The notes: a model not told the origin generated them from the sequence alone. 32,000 bases of DNA from an uncultured archaeon (GCA_964565725.1 CAZMGA010000004.1:1-32000); one strand, 5' to 3'. Positions 8,047 through 16,270 are shown, counted from the first letter of the stretch. A program made the numbers and translations.

Positions 8047-8361
8047 GTGAAAGATTTAGAATCTATTGGTTATAATATTAATGATATACTTTTTGCAGGT
8101 TATGCTCCTATTCAATTAAAATCTTCTGGTTATGGTGTTAAGAAGTTAAAATATCTTGGTTTTGATGCAAGAAAAGTAATGAGTTATGGTTATAGTTTAA
8201 GTAATTTAAGATCTCTTGGTTTTAATGTTAAAGACTTAATCTCTGTTGGTTATAGTCCAAAAGAATTATTATCTGCTGGTTTAAGTGTTAGAGACTTAAT
8301 CTCTAGTGGTGTTTCTCAAGCCGAAGTAATTAGAATAATTGCAGAATTAAAGAAAAAATGA
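8047..8361 (+). CDS. decapeptide tandem-repeat protein (9 x xLxxxG[YFLV]xxx)
   Basis: GTG start in the ORF track. Gly occurs at residues 8,18,28,...,88 with no indel. Example units: DLISVGYSPK, ELLSAGLSVR, NLRSLGFNVK. No family recognised. Confidence 0.55.
   Translation: MKDLESIGYNINDILFAGYAPIQLKSSGYGVKKLKYLGFDARKVMSYGYSLSNLRSLGFNVKDLISVGYSPKELLSAGLSVRDLISSGVSQAEVIRIIAELKKK
8053..8322 (+). repeat. nine tandem 30-nt coding repeats (decapeptide units)
   Basis: Strict 10-residue periodicity of Gly plus an aromatic residue plus Leu. The DNA copies are diverged, e.g. gttaaagacttaatctctgttggtt versus gttagagacttaatctctagtggtg 60 nt apart. Confidence 0.8.
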
Positions 8362-8407
8362 AATCTATTTTTTAATTTTAATATTATTTTTTTTAGTAAA
8401 TAATAAT

Positions 8408-8788
8408 TTAAAAACAAATTTTAATATCCAATTCTTTTTTAATAAAATTTTCATATATAAAAACATTTTTTCTAATACAATTTTTTTTATTTGTAATTTT
8501 TTTTAAAGAGAAAAAATCTTTTTTTATTTCATAATCTACATTAGGGATAAATTTTATTATTATTGTTTCAATATCGTAAATATTAGTTATGTTTTCACTT
8601 AATATTACATTGTACAAATCCTGTGCTTTAAAATAGTAAGATACATTTTCATATTTTTGATTTAAGTTTATTTTTTCCAAACCTATTAAAAAGCTTATTA
8701 ATAGAATTATTAAAAGTAAACATTCAAATATAAAAAATAATCCTTTATTTGCAAAATGTGAATTTTGCAATTGCTGTTTCGCTTTCAT
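8408..8788 (-). CDS. putative type IV pilin-like protein (class III signal peptide)
   Basis: The N-terminus ...ANKG/LFFIFECLLLIILLISFLIGL has a basic residue plus Gly followed by a hydrophobic helix. The start is uncertain (ATG at 8788 or TTG at 8770). It overlaps the upstream gene by 44 nt. Confidence 0.5.
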   Translation of the reverse strand: MKAKQQLQNSHFANKGLFFIFECLLLIILLISFLIGLEKINLNQKYENVSYYFKAQDLYNVILSENITNIYDIETIIIKFIPNVDYEIKKDFFSLKKITNKKNCIRKNVFIYENFIKKELDIKICF

Positions 8789-9125
8789 AAACTACTAACC
8801 TCGTTATTATTGTTTTATTACAATTTATTGATCCCAAAGACAGTTTTAAATTATTTTGTAGATCATATATTCTTATTTCTTTTATTGGTTCTTTTAATTT
8901 TATGTTTTCAATATTATTTGTTAAAGTTATATTACTTCTAATTTTGGCAAAACCAACACCTTCGGGATTGTTTTTAGATGTTGCATTTTCAGTAATTGTT
9001 ATTTGTTCTAAAAAATTAGAAAATTGATTTTCTTGAACTTTTATCGTAGTGAATAAGATTATAAATCCTAAAATAATAGTAATAATTATTATCGGTAAAT
9101 CTAATATAGTTTGACCTTTATTCAT
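8745..9125 (-). CDS. putative type IV pilin-like protein (class III signal peptide)
   Basis: MNKG/QTILDLPIIIITIILGFIILF has the canonical archaeal prepilin-type KG-Q junction followed by a hydrophobic helix. 8-nt overlap with the upstream gene. Confidence 0.6.
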   Translation of the reverse strand: MNKGQTILDLPIIIITIILGFIILFTTIKVQENQFSNFLEQITITENATSKNNPEGVGFAKIRSNITLTNNIENIKLKEPIKEIRIYDLQNNLKLSLGSINCNKTIITRLVVYESETAIAKFTFCK

Positions 9126-9363
9126 AATGTCTCCTTATATGTATGTCATTATTATCTACAAATGGTCCAAATATGTTTTCTTTTATATAACCTTTATTAA
9201 AACTATTTTCTATATTTTTGAAATAATTGTTTTCATTAGTTATTTTATTGTTATATTCTATCTTATAATTATTAAAATTATTTAAATTCATTAAAAATAA
9301 AGACAATAAAGTTAATATTGCAAAAAGTATTAATAATAAGAACAAAGATATTTGCCCTTTCAA
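9118..9363 (-). CDS. putative small type IV pilin-like protein (class III signal peptide)
   Basis: MKG/QISLFLLLILFAILTLLSLFL. 4-nt overlap with the upstream gene. Confidence 0.6.
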   Translation of the reverse strand: MKGQISLFLLLILFAILTLLSLFLMNLNNFNNYKIEYNNKITNENNYFKNIENSFNKGYIKENIFGPFVDNNDIHIRRHYE

Positions 9364-9830
9364 ATTATCACCACATTTTCAATTGAAAAATTCTTAGGTA
9401 TTTCTATACTTATAGATTTATTATTTTTTATAATCGTTTTAGATTTTTTGTTTATTATAGAATATTTATAGTAAATACAATCTAATTCACCACAAGGAAT
9501 TATTTCTACTAATAAGTTTGTTTCTGTTGATAATATTAAAGGAAAATTAAAATCATTTAATATATTATTTGTATATAGATCTATATTTGGTTTTAATTCC
9601 TCTATATTTTGATTAGTTTTTACTTTCAAATCAAGATATTGTTTTAAATTATTGTAAAAATTATACTCAAAATTAGTTCTATCATAAACTAAATCTTTTG
9701 AAGTAATAATTTCATTAATTAATTTATTTTCTTCTAAATATTTTGAAATGTTTAACGAAAAAATAGCTAACACAAATAATAGTATAATTGTAATTATAGT
9801 TGTTGTGATAAATCCTTTACTGTTCATCAT
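9360..9830 (-). CDS. putative type IV pilin-like protein (class III signal peptide); start moved to an internal Met
   Basis: The ORF track gives 9360..9896, which would overlap the upstream gene by 80 nt. The internal MMNSKG/FITTTIITIILLFVLAIFSL looks like the true prepilin-type N-terminus. The exact start (9842, 9830 or 9827) is uncertain. Confidence 0.5.
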   Translation of the reverse strand: MMNSKGFITTTIITIILLFVLAIFSLNISKYLEENKLINEIITSKDLVYDRTNFEYNFYNNLKQYLDLKVKTNQNIEELKPNIDLYTNNILNDFNFPLILSTETNLLVEIIPCGELDCIYYKYSIINKKSKTIIKNNKSISIEIPKNFSIENVVII

Positions 9831-10647
9831 AATCAAAAGCATTAAAACAAAATTTAATTTCTCTAATTTCTTTTCCTTCTGGTTTATATTTTTCAAAAAT
9901 TTTATTATCTAATTCCAAATAATCATCAAATTTTTCAGAATTATAAAAATCAAATATTAAGGTTTTATATTTGTATTTTGTCTTGACAAAATAATTTGTA
10001 CTAAAATCACTCATTTCTGCAACACAAACTTTGGCATTAAAATCTCCTAATTTGTGCATTATTGCACATGTTAAAATGCATATATCTAATTGATTACCGG
10101 TTTTTAATTTTAATATTTCTTCAGAACCTAATAAATAATTAAATGATTTTTGAGTTAATATTATAAAATTATCTTCTAATAAAGAATACCAATTTTCTAT
10201 TGCTTGTAAGTAATTATTTTCATAAGAATATGGTTTTGGAGTAATATTTTCATAAATCATGTCAAAATCTATATTTTCATATTTTATTAAACTTTTTAAT
10301 TCTTCTGAGTTTTTGTTTATTATAATATTATTTAAATTTTTTTCTAAAATGTACTTTAAATAGTCATTAAAAGCTTTATCTTCTTTATTTTTTTTAATTT
10401 CTTTATTTAACTTTTTAGTCATTTCTTCAAGTCTAAATTTTAATTTTGCAGGATTATTTTCATATATTTCTTGAAGTTCTTTATTATATTTATTTAGTTG
10501 AACTAAAAGTTTATCTTTTATAGTTTGATTTTGTTCTTTATTAAGCTCTTTTTGAATTTTGTTTATTTTTGTTAATAACTTTTGTTCTAAATTAGGAATT
10601 TCATTTTTAAAAATTTGTTTTGATAACTTGGCTAATAATTTAGTCAT
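9817..10647 (-). CDS. hypothetical protein, coiled-coil N-terminal half; first gene of the pilin-like operon
   Basis: 276-aa ORF, K/E/N/L-rich with heptad-like character for about the first 100 aa. The C-terminal segment GNQLDICILTCAIMHKLGDFNAKVCV...LIFDF loosely resembles a transglutaminase-like core, but the usual His is absent (very tentative). Confidence 0.5.
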   Translation of the reverse strand: MTKLLAKLSKQIFKNEIPNLEQKLLTKINKIQKELNKEQNQTIKDKLLVQLNKYNKELQEIYENNPAKLKFRLEEMTKKLNKEIKKNKEDKAFNDYLKYILEKNLNNIIINKNSEELKSLIKYENIDFDMIYENITPKPYSYENNYLQAIENWYSLLEDNFIILTQKSFNYLLGSEEILKLKTGNQLDICILTCAIMHKLGDFNAKVCVAEMSDFSTNYFVKTKYKYKTLIFDFYNSEKFDDYLELDNKIFEKYKPEGKEIREIKFCFNAFDYDEQ

Positions 10648-10681
10648 ATTAGAATACAGTTTAAGTTATATTTATTTATTT

Positions 10682-12286
10682 CTATACTTTTAAAAAATCT
10701 TTTTTCATTCTTTTTAGTTCTTCTCTATCAAAATTAATTGTATTAAAATTGACTTTTTCTGAATTCATGTTTGTTAAAGATTTAATACTTTTTTTTACTT
10801 CTTTTATAAATTGTGTTTTATTAAATTTAAATTCCGAATATAATTTATTGTTTTTTTCAAAAGTATTTTTATGTTTTCTTTTAAAAGCTTTTGAATTTTT
10901 AGTGTCTTTTATAAATGGACCATTAATAATGTCTTTAAAATTTGTTTCTAAAATTATATATCCTTTATTGTTAAAATAAATTCCAGAATAGTTTTCAATT
11001 TTGTAATGTTTTGTGTTTAAATCATTAGATATTTTTTTAGTTATACTTTTTATTATACCCCAGTTAGAATCAAACGTTTTACCATTTATATTTAATTTAA
11101 AACAAAATATATTTTTCAAATTATTTTCATAGATATCACTAAAAAAATATTTTTGACTTGGTTTTATTAAGTATTCTTTTGCTAATTTTTCAAATATTAA
11201 CCAATTTTTTTTAGAAACTGCTGATGCTACATTTCTGTTTTTGTCTGTAGGGTCTAAAAAAACTAAATAATCATCAAACTTCTTTTTTTTATTATTCTTC
11301 AAAATTGTTAAATATTTATTTTCATTTAAATTAGACATATTTTTTAACACATTCTCAAACGTTTTGAACTTTAATATAAATAATTCAGTTAAATATCCTG
11401 AAAAACCATTATTTTTTTGATCTGCTCCATATAATAAATTATTTTTCAAAAATTGTTTTAATAATATTATTTGTTTTTTACTATCTTCATTTTGGTGTTT
11501 ATTTAAAAATTTTAGATGTAAAGGAGTTCTGTCAACACTTGATTTTTTATCCTTAATATTTTTAATATAAAATCCTGGTACGAAATCTATAGCATGATTT
11601 TCAATTATTGCTTTTAAATAAGGGTGTTCCCCGTATTCTTCTACAAAATTTACTTTTGGATATGCCTTTCTTAAAAGAGTTTCATTATATTTTTTTACAT
11701 CTTCAATTGATACTTTTAAATCATATAAACAAAAAATATCTAAATCTTTTTTATTGTGTAAAAAAGTTCCTCTTGCAGAGGATCCTGCTAAAATAATTTT
11801 TTTAATTGGCAATTTCATTTTTTTTGCTTCTTTATTTAATTTTGAAATTATATTTTTGCTTAATTTATTTATTGCTAATAATTCTTCTTTTGTGGGCTTT
11901 ATTTTATTATATACTTTGTCTAAAAAATTATTATCTGATTTTATATCATAAGCTATACTTTTAATTTCAATTTTAAAATCCCTTGCTGTTTTTCTCATCA
12001 TAAAATCATCTGTATGTAATTCTGCATTTAATTCATACGCTAATGCTAATACTTCTATATCTGTAAAAGATAATTGTTTTGAACATTTTTTCTTAATTAT
12101 ATTTATTGTATCTTTTTTAGGGTCTTGTACTTTTATTTTTGCATTATAAATTAAATTTTCAAAAATTGATTTTTGATTATTATTCAATATTTCGCTTATT
12201 ACTGAGTTGGTAGTATATACATAATTTAAATCGTCAAAATAAAATCTATTTAAAAAAGCTGAACTATCAAAAACAATTTTTTTCAT
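10682..12286 (-). CDS. cca: class-I (archaeal) CCA-adding tRNA nucleotidyltransferase with N-terminal PIN (Nob1-like) nuclease domain
   Basis: CCA-enzyme motifs: GSSARGTFLHNKKDLDIF, GEHPYL, SSVDRTPLHLKFL, GFSGYLTELF, FLDPTDKNRNVASAVS. The N-terminal about 125 aa is MKKIVFDSSAFLN...SEIL...LSFTDIEVLALAYELNAELHTDDFMMRKTA, which has the PIN acidic residues and a Nob1-type TDD motif. Confidence 0.85.
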   Translation of the reverse strand: MKKIVFDSSAFLNRFYFDDLNYVYTTNSVISEILNNNQKSIFENLIYNAKIKVQDPKKDTINIIKKKCSKQLSFTDIEVLALAYELNAELHTDDFMMRKTARDFKIEIKSIAYDIKSDNNFLDKVYNKIKPTKEELLAINKLSKNIISKLNKEAKKMKLPIKKIILAGSSARGTFLHNKKDLDIFCLYDLKVSIEDVKKYNETLLRKAYPKVNFVEEYGEHPYLKAIIENHAIDFVPGFYIKNIKDKKSSVDRTPLHLKFLNKHQNEDSKKQIILLKQFLKNNLLYGADQKNNGFSGYLTELFILKFKTFENVLKNMSNLNENKYLTILKNNKKKKFDDYLVFLDPTDKNRNVASAVSKKNWLIFEKLAKEYLIKPSQKYFFSDIYENNLKNIFCFKLNINGKTFDSNWGIIKSITKKISNDLNTKHYKIENYSGIYFNNKGYIILETNFKDIINGPFIKDTKNSKAFKRKHKNTFEKNNKLYSEFKFNKTQFIKEVKKSIKSLTNMNSEKVNFNTINFDREELKRMKKDFLKV

Positions 12287-12288
12287 AA

Positions 12289-12306
12289 TAATATATAATA
12301 TATAGT
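12289..12306 (+). promoter_or_regulatory. second exact copy of TAATATATAATATATAGT in the cca/rnz divergent intergenic region
   Basis: Identical 18-mer to 679..696. It lies 3 nt from the cca start codon and 28 nt upstream of the rnz ATG. Confidence 0.35.
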
Positions 12307-12333
12307 TTTAAATTTATACTTTTATATATATTT

Positions 12334-13245
12334 ATGGTTTTTAATGCAAGATTATTAGGAATTAGTAGTTCTATACCTTTAAAAGATAGAAATCACACCT
12401 CTTTAGCGATAAGGTTTGATGGAGATGTAATTTTATTTGACTGTGGAGAAGGTATTCAACAACAGTTTATGAAAAGTAAATTAAGTTTTATGGACATTAA
12501 TGCTATATTTATTACTCATTTTCATGCTGATCATTTTTTAGGTTTGCCCGGTTTATTGGCTACTATGTCTTTACATAAAAGAACTATTCCAATTAAAATT
12601 TTTGGGCCTGTAGGAATTAAAGAAAGAGTAGAATCAATATTAAAATCTTTTACTATAGAATTATTTTATGATTTAGAATTTTTTGAATTATTTGAAGGAA
12701 AAGTTTATGAAACAAAAAATTATGAAGTTTACGCTAAAAAAATGAATCATCAAATTTTAAATTATGGTTTTGTTTTTAAAGAAAAAGATAAAGTAGGTAC
12801 ATTTTCTAAAGTTAAAGCATTAAAGTTAGGAATTCCTGAAGGTCCTTTATTTTCTGAATTACAAAATGGTAAAACAATAATTTTTAATAAAAAAGAAATA
12901 AAACCTTTAGATGTAATGGATTATTCTTTAAATAAAAAAGGTTTATCTTTAGGTTATATTGTGGATTGTAATGATAAAGGTTATGAAAATTTTATTAAAG
13001 ATTTAGATATATTATTTCACGAAACTACCTTTATGAAAAAAGACTCTTTACAAGCAAAAAAAACATTACATTCTATAACTACTGATGTTGCAAAAATAGC
13101 TAAAGATTCAAATGTTAAAAATTTAATTATTATGAATTTCAGTGCAAGATATACTAATTTAGAAGAAGTATTGTATGAAGTTCAAAATATTTATGATAAA
13201 GCTGAAATTGGGGAAGAATTAAAAATATATGAAATAAAAAAGTGA
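12334..13245 (+). CDS. rnz: ribonuclease Z (tRNA 3' endonuclease, metallo-beta-lactamase fold)
   Basis: LGISSSIP...RNHTSLAI, the FDCGEG motif, the HxHxDH motif ITHFHADHFLGLPGLL, and a length (303 aa) typical of short-form RNase Z. Confidence 0.9.
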   Translation: MVFNARLLGISSSIPLKDRNHTSLAIRFDGDVILFDCGEGIQQQFMKSKLSFMDINAIFITHFHADHFLGLPGLLATMSLHKRTIPIKIFGPVGIKERVESILKSFTIELFYDLEFFELFEGKVYETKNYEVYAKKMNHQILNYGFVFKEKDKVGTFSKVKALKLGIPEGPLFSELQNGKTIIFNKKEIKPLDVMDYSLNKKGLSLGYIVDCNDKGYENFIKDLDILFHETTFMKKDSLQAKKTLHSITTDVAKIAKDSNVKNLIIMNFSARYTNLEEVLYEVQNIYDKAEIGEELKIYEIKK

Positions 13246-13631
13246 TGTTTATGTTAATTATATTTGATTATTTTGATGTTATATCTGAAAACTACAATAA
13301 TTATAAATTTCAAACGTTATTAGATAAGTTATCTAAAAAAAATGATTTGGTTATTTTAACAAATAGTGGAAAAAATTTTAGAGTAATGTTTGAAAGATTA
13401 TTAATAAATAAATATTTTAAAAAATTATATATTTCTGGAGAAAATAATTTTATTAAGCCATCATTTGAAAGTTTTAATAATGTTTTAAAAGATTATAAAA
13501 TTGATCCTAAAAATTGTTTGTTTATAGACAACACTTATAGCAATTTTAAAAATTCTAAAATTTTGGGTATTAATAGTATACTTTATTCTAATTTAGAAAA
13601 TCTAGAAAACGATTTAAAAAAATATTTTTAG
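13245..13631 (+). CDS. HAD-superfamily-like small protein with degenerate catalytic motifs
   Basis: Motif I-like IIFDYFDVI (not a clean DxDxT), motif II LVILTNS, motif III Lys in FIKPSFESF, motif IV LFIDNTYSNF (DD changed to DN). The ATG overlaps the rnz TGA (TGATG). The ORF track starts at the GTG at 13242. Confidence 0.45.
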   Translation: MFMLIIFDYFDVISENYNNYKFQTLLDKLSKKNDLVILTNSGKNFRVMFERLLINKYFKKLYISGENNFIKPSFESFNNVLKDYKIDPKNCLFIDNTYSNFKNSKILGINSILYSNLENLENDLKKYF

Positions 13632-13639
13632 GAATTAAA

Positions 13640-16270
13640 ATGAAAATATTAACTATAAATGAAGCTCCAAAGAGTGAACAAGTTTCAGCATTATTAAGAC
13701 CTTATTTTAAAAAATGGTTTTTTAATAAATATAAAGATTTTACTGAACCACAAAAATTATCTATACCTTCAATTTATTTAGAAAATAATACTTTGATTAC
13801 TGCTCCAACAGGTTCTGGAAAAACAATTTCTGCTTTTGGGGCTATATTAAATGATTTGTTTAAAAAATCTGAAAAAAAAGAATTAAAAAAAGAAATTTAT
13901 TGTATTTACATAAGTCCATTAAAAGCATTAATTAATGATGTAGAAAAAAATTTAATGTTGCCATTAGAAGAAATAAAAGTATTTGCAAAAAAAGAAAAAA
14001 TAGATTTAAATGTTAGTGTAAGTATAAGAACTGGAGATGTAGAAGCAAAAGAAAAAGCTAAGCAATTGAGAAATCCTCCTACTATTTTATGTACTACGCC
14101 AGAAACATTAGCAATATTATTGAGTACTACTAAATTTAAAGAGAAATTAAAAAGTGTAAAATATGTAGTAATAGATGAAATTCACGAATTAGCAAATTCT
14201 AAACGAGGGGCGCACTTATCTTTAAGTTTAGAACGTTTACAAAATTTAACTGGAAATAAATTAATTAGAATAGGTTTAGGTGCAACATTAGAACCATTAG
14301 AAGAAGTAGCTAAATTTTTAGTAGGTTATAACGATAAAAAATTAAGAGATTGTATTATTATAGATGGTAGATTTATTAAAAAAACAAATATTAAAGTTTT
14401 TTCACCTAGCCCTGACTTAATTTATATGGATGGAGAACAAATAAATGAAAAGTTATATTCCGAATTAAATAAATTAATTAAAATGCATAAAACTACATTA
14501 ATTTTTACAAATACTAGATCTGGGACTGAAAGAATTGTTCATAATTTAAAAGAAAATTTTCCTGAAACTTATAGCGAAGAGGATATTGGTGCACATCATT
14601 CAAGTGTGTCTAAAAATATTAGGTTAGATTTAGAAAATAAATTAAAAGAAGGAAAATTAAAAGTAATTGTTAGTTCAACAAGTTTAGAATTAGGTATTGA
14701 TATAGGGTATGTTGATTTAGTAGTACAAATTGGTTCTCCTAAATCCGTATCAAAAGCATTACAAAGAATAGGTAGAGCTAATCACAAAGTTAATTCAATT
14801 GCAAAAGGAAGAGTTATTTGTTTAGATAGAGATGATTTAGTGGAAACCAATGTGATGTTTAAAAAAGCAGAAGAATATTGGTTAGATAGGATCTATATTG
14901 TTAAAAATTGTTTAGACGTTTTATGTCAACAAATAATTGGTTTAAGTTTAGAAAATAAATGGAATATTAATGATGCTTTTAATTTAATAAAAAATTCTTA
15001 TTGTTATCATGATTTAAAAGAAGAAGATTATTTTTTAGTTTTAAATTATTTGGCTGGAAAATATCATAGTTTAGAAGAAAAAAAAGTTTATGCTAAAATT
15101 TATTTGGATGATGAAAATAAAGAATTTGGAAAAAGAGGAAAATTAGCTAGAGCAATTTATTCTATGAATGTTGGTACTATACCTGATGAAGTTAAAGTTA
15201 AAGTAAAAACTAAAGATGGAAAAATTATTGGGTCTATAGAAGAGGATTTTTTATCTCGTTTAACCAAAGGAGATATTTTTGTATTAGCTGGAAATACTTA
15301 TCAATATTTGTATTCAAAAGGTATGACTGCAACAGTAATTTATGTTAAAGATAAAAAACCAACAGTACCATCGTGGTTTTCTGAACAATTACCATTAAAT
15401 TATGATTTGGCAATTGAAATAGGCAAGTTCAGATCAGAAATATTTCATTTATTAAAATTAAAATCTAAAACAGAAGTAATTGAATTTGTTTTAGAAAATT
15501 ATAAAATAAATGATTATGGTGCAAAAGCAATTGTGGATTATTTTTATTATCAATTAAAATTTTTAGAAAAATTAAAAATAATTGATTACCCATCAGACGT
15601 AAATTTATTGATTGAAAATTATGTTGATGATAGTGGAAATAAAAATTTAATATTTCATAGTTTGTATGGAAGAAGAGTAAATGATGCATTATCACGAGTT
15701 TTTGCATATGTTTTATCAAGATATGTTGAAAGATCAATACCTATTACTGTAAACGATAATGGGTTTATTTTAATGGTTCATGCTGCAGATAAATTTTTGA
15801 TGCCATCCCCATTAGAATTATTGTCTAGAATAAACAACAAAAATTTTGAAGAATTATTAATATTGGCTATAAAACAAACAGAGTTAGTTAAAAGAAAGTT
15901 TAGACATGTAGCATCTCGTTCATTTATGATATTAAGAAATTATATGGGTCATGAATCTAATGTTGGTTGGCAACAAATAAGTTCAGAAAGATTATTTAAA
16001 GTTTGTGAATCTATTGAAAATTTTCCAATAATTAAAGAAACATATAGAGAGATAATAGAAGACTATATGGATGTAAAAACTGCTAAAGAAATATTAAAAA
16101 ATATTGAGGATAAAAAAATTAAAATGAAATTTTTGCCTGAAAGTTCTTTGCCTTCTCCATTTGCACATAATTTATTGGTTTTATCTGATTTAGATATTGT
16201 TTTAATTGATGATAGAAAAAAAGCATTATTAGAATTACATAAAAAAATTATTGAGGATGTAGGAATATGA
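13640..16270 (+). CDS. lhr: Lhr-family (Lhr-core) superfamily-2 DNA helicase
   Basis: Motif I APTGSGKT, motif II VIDEIHEL, motif III GLGATL, TNTRSGTE, HHSSVSKNIRLDLENKLKEGKLKVIVSSTSLELGIDIG, QRIGRANH. The long C-terminal WH/domain-4-sized region is typical of Lhr. Confidence 0.9.
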   Translation: MKILTINEAPKSEQVSALLRPYFKKWFFNKYKDFTEPQKLSIPSIYLENNTLITAPTGSGKTISAFGAILNDLFKKSEKKELKKEIYCIYISPLKALINDVEKNLMLPLEEIKVFAKKEKIDLNVSVSIRTGDVEAKEKAKQLRNPPTILCTTPETLAILLSTTKFKEKLKSVKYVVIDEIHELANSKRGAHLSLSLERLQNLTGNKLIRIGLGATLEPLEEVAKFLVGYNDKKLRDCIIIDGRFIKKTNIKVFSPSPDLIYMDGEQINEKLYSELNKLIKMHKTTLIFTNTRSGTERIVHNLKENFPETYSEEDIGAHHSSVSKNIRLDLENKLKEGKLKVIVSSTSLELGIDIGYVDLVVQIGSPKSVSKALQRIGRANHKVNSIAKGRVICLDRDDLVETNVMFKKAEEYWLDRIYIVKNCLDVLCQQIIGLSLENKWNINDAFNLIKNSYCYHDLKEEDYFLVLNYLAGKYHSLEEKKVYAKIYLDDENKEFGKRGKLARAIYSMNVGTIPDEVKVKVKTKDGKIIGSIEEDFLSRLTKGDIFVLAGNTYQYLYSKGMTATVIYVKDKKPTVPSWFSEQLPLNYDLAIEIGKFRSEIFHLLKLKSKTEVIEFVLENYKINDYGAKAIVDYFYYQLKFLEKLKIIDYPSDVNLLIENYVDDSGNKNLIFHSLYGRRVNDALSRVFAYVLSRYVERSIPITVNDNGFILMVHAADKFLMPSPLELLSRINNKNFEELLILAIKQTELVKRKFRHVASRSFMILRNYMGHESNVGWQQISSERLFKVCESIENFPIIKETYREIIEDYMDVKTAKEILKNIEDKKIKMKFLPESSLPSPFAHNLLVLSDLDIVLIDDRKKALLELHKKIIEDVGI

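Noticed and set aside
8053-8322. 30-nt periodic repeats that might be a CRISPR-like or other non-coding array
   Set aside because: The periodicity is in-frame and conserved at the amino-acid level (Gly/aromatic/Leu positions), while the DNA copies are diverged. There is no repeat-spacer structure. I saw no CRISPR array anywhere in the window.
9817-10647. Calling the 276-aa coiled-coil protein a transglutaminase-like cysteine protease
   Set aside because: Only the Cys-containing segment (DICILTCAIMHKLGDFNAKVCV) and a distal FDF resemble the family, and the expected His motif is missing (NYFVKT). This is left as a tentative note and not used for the call.
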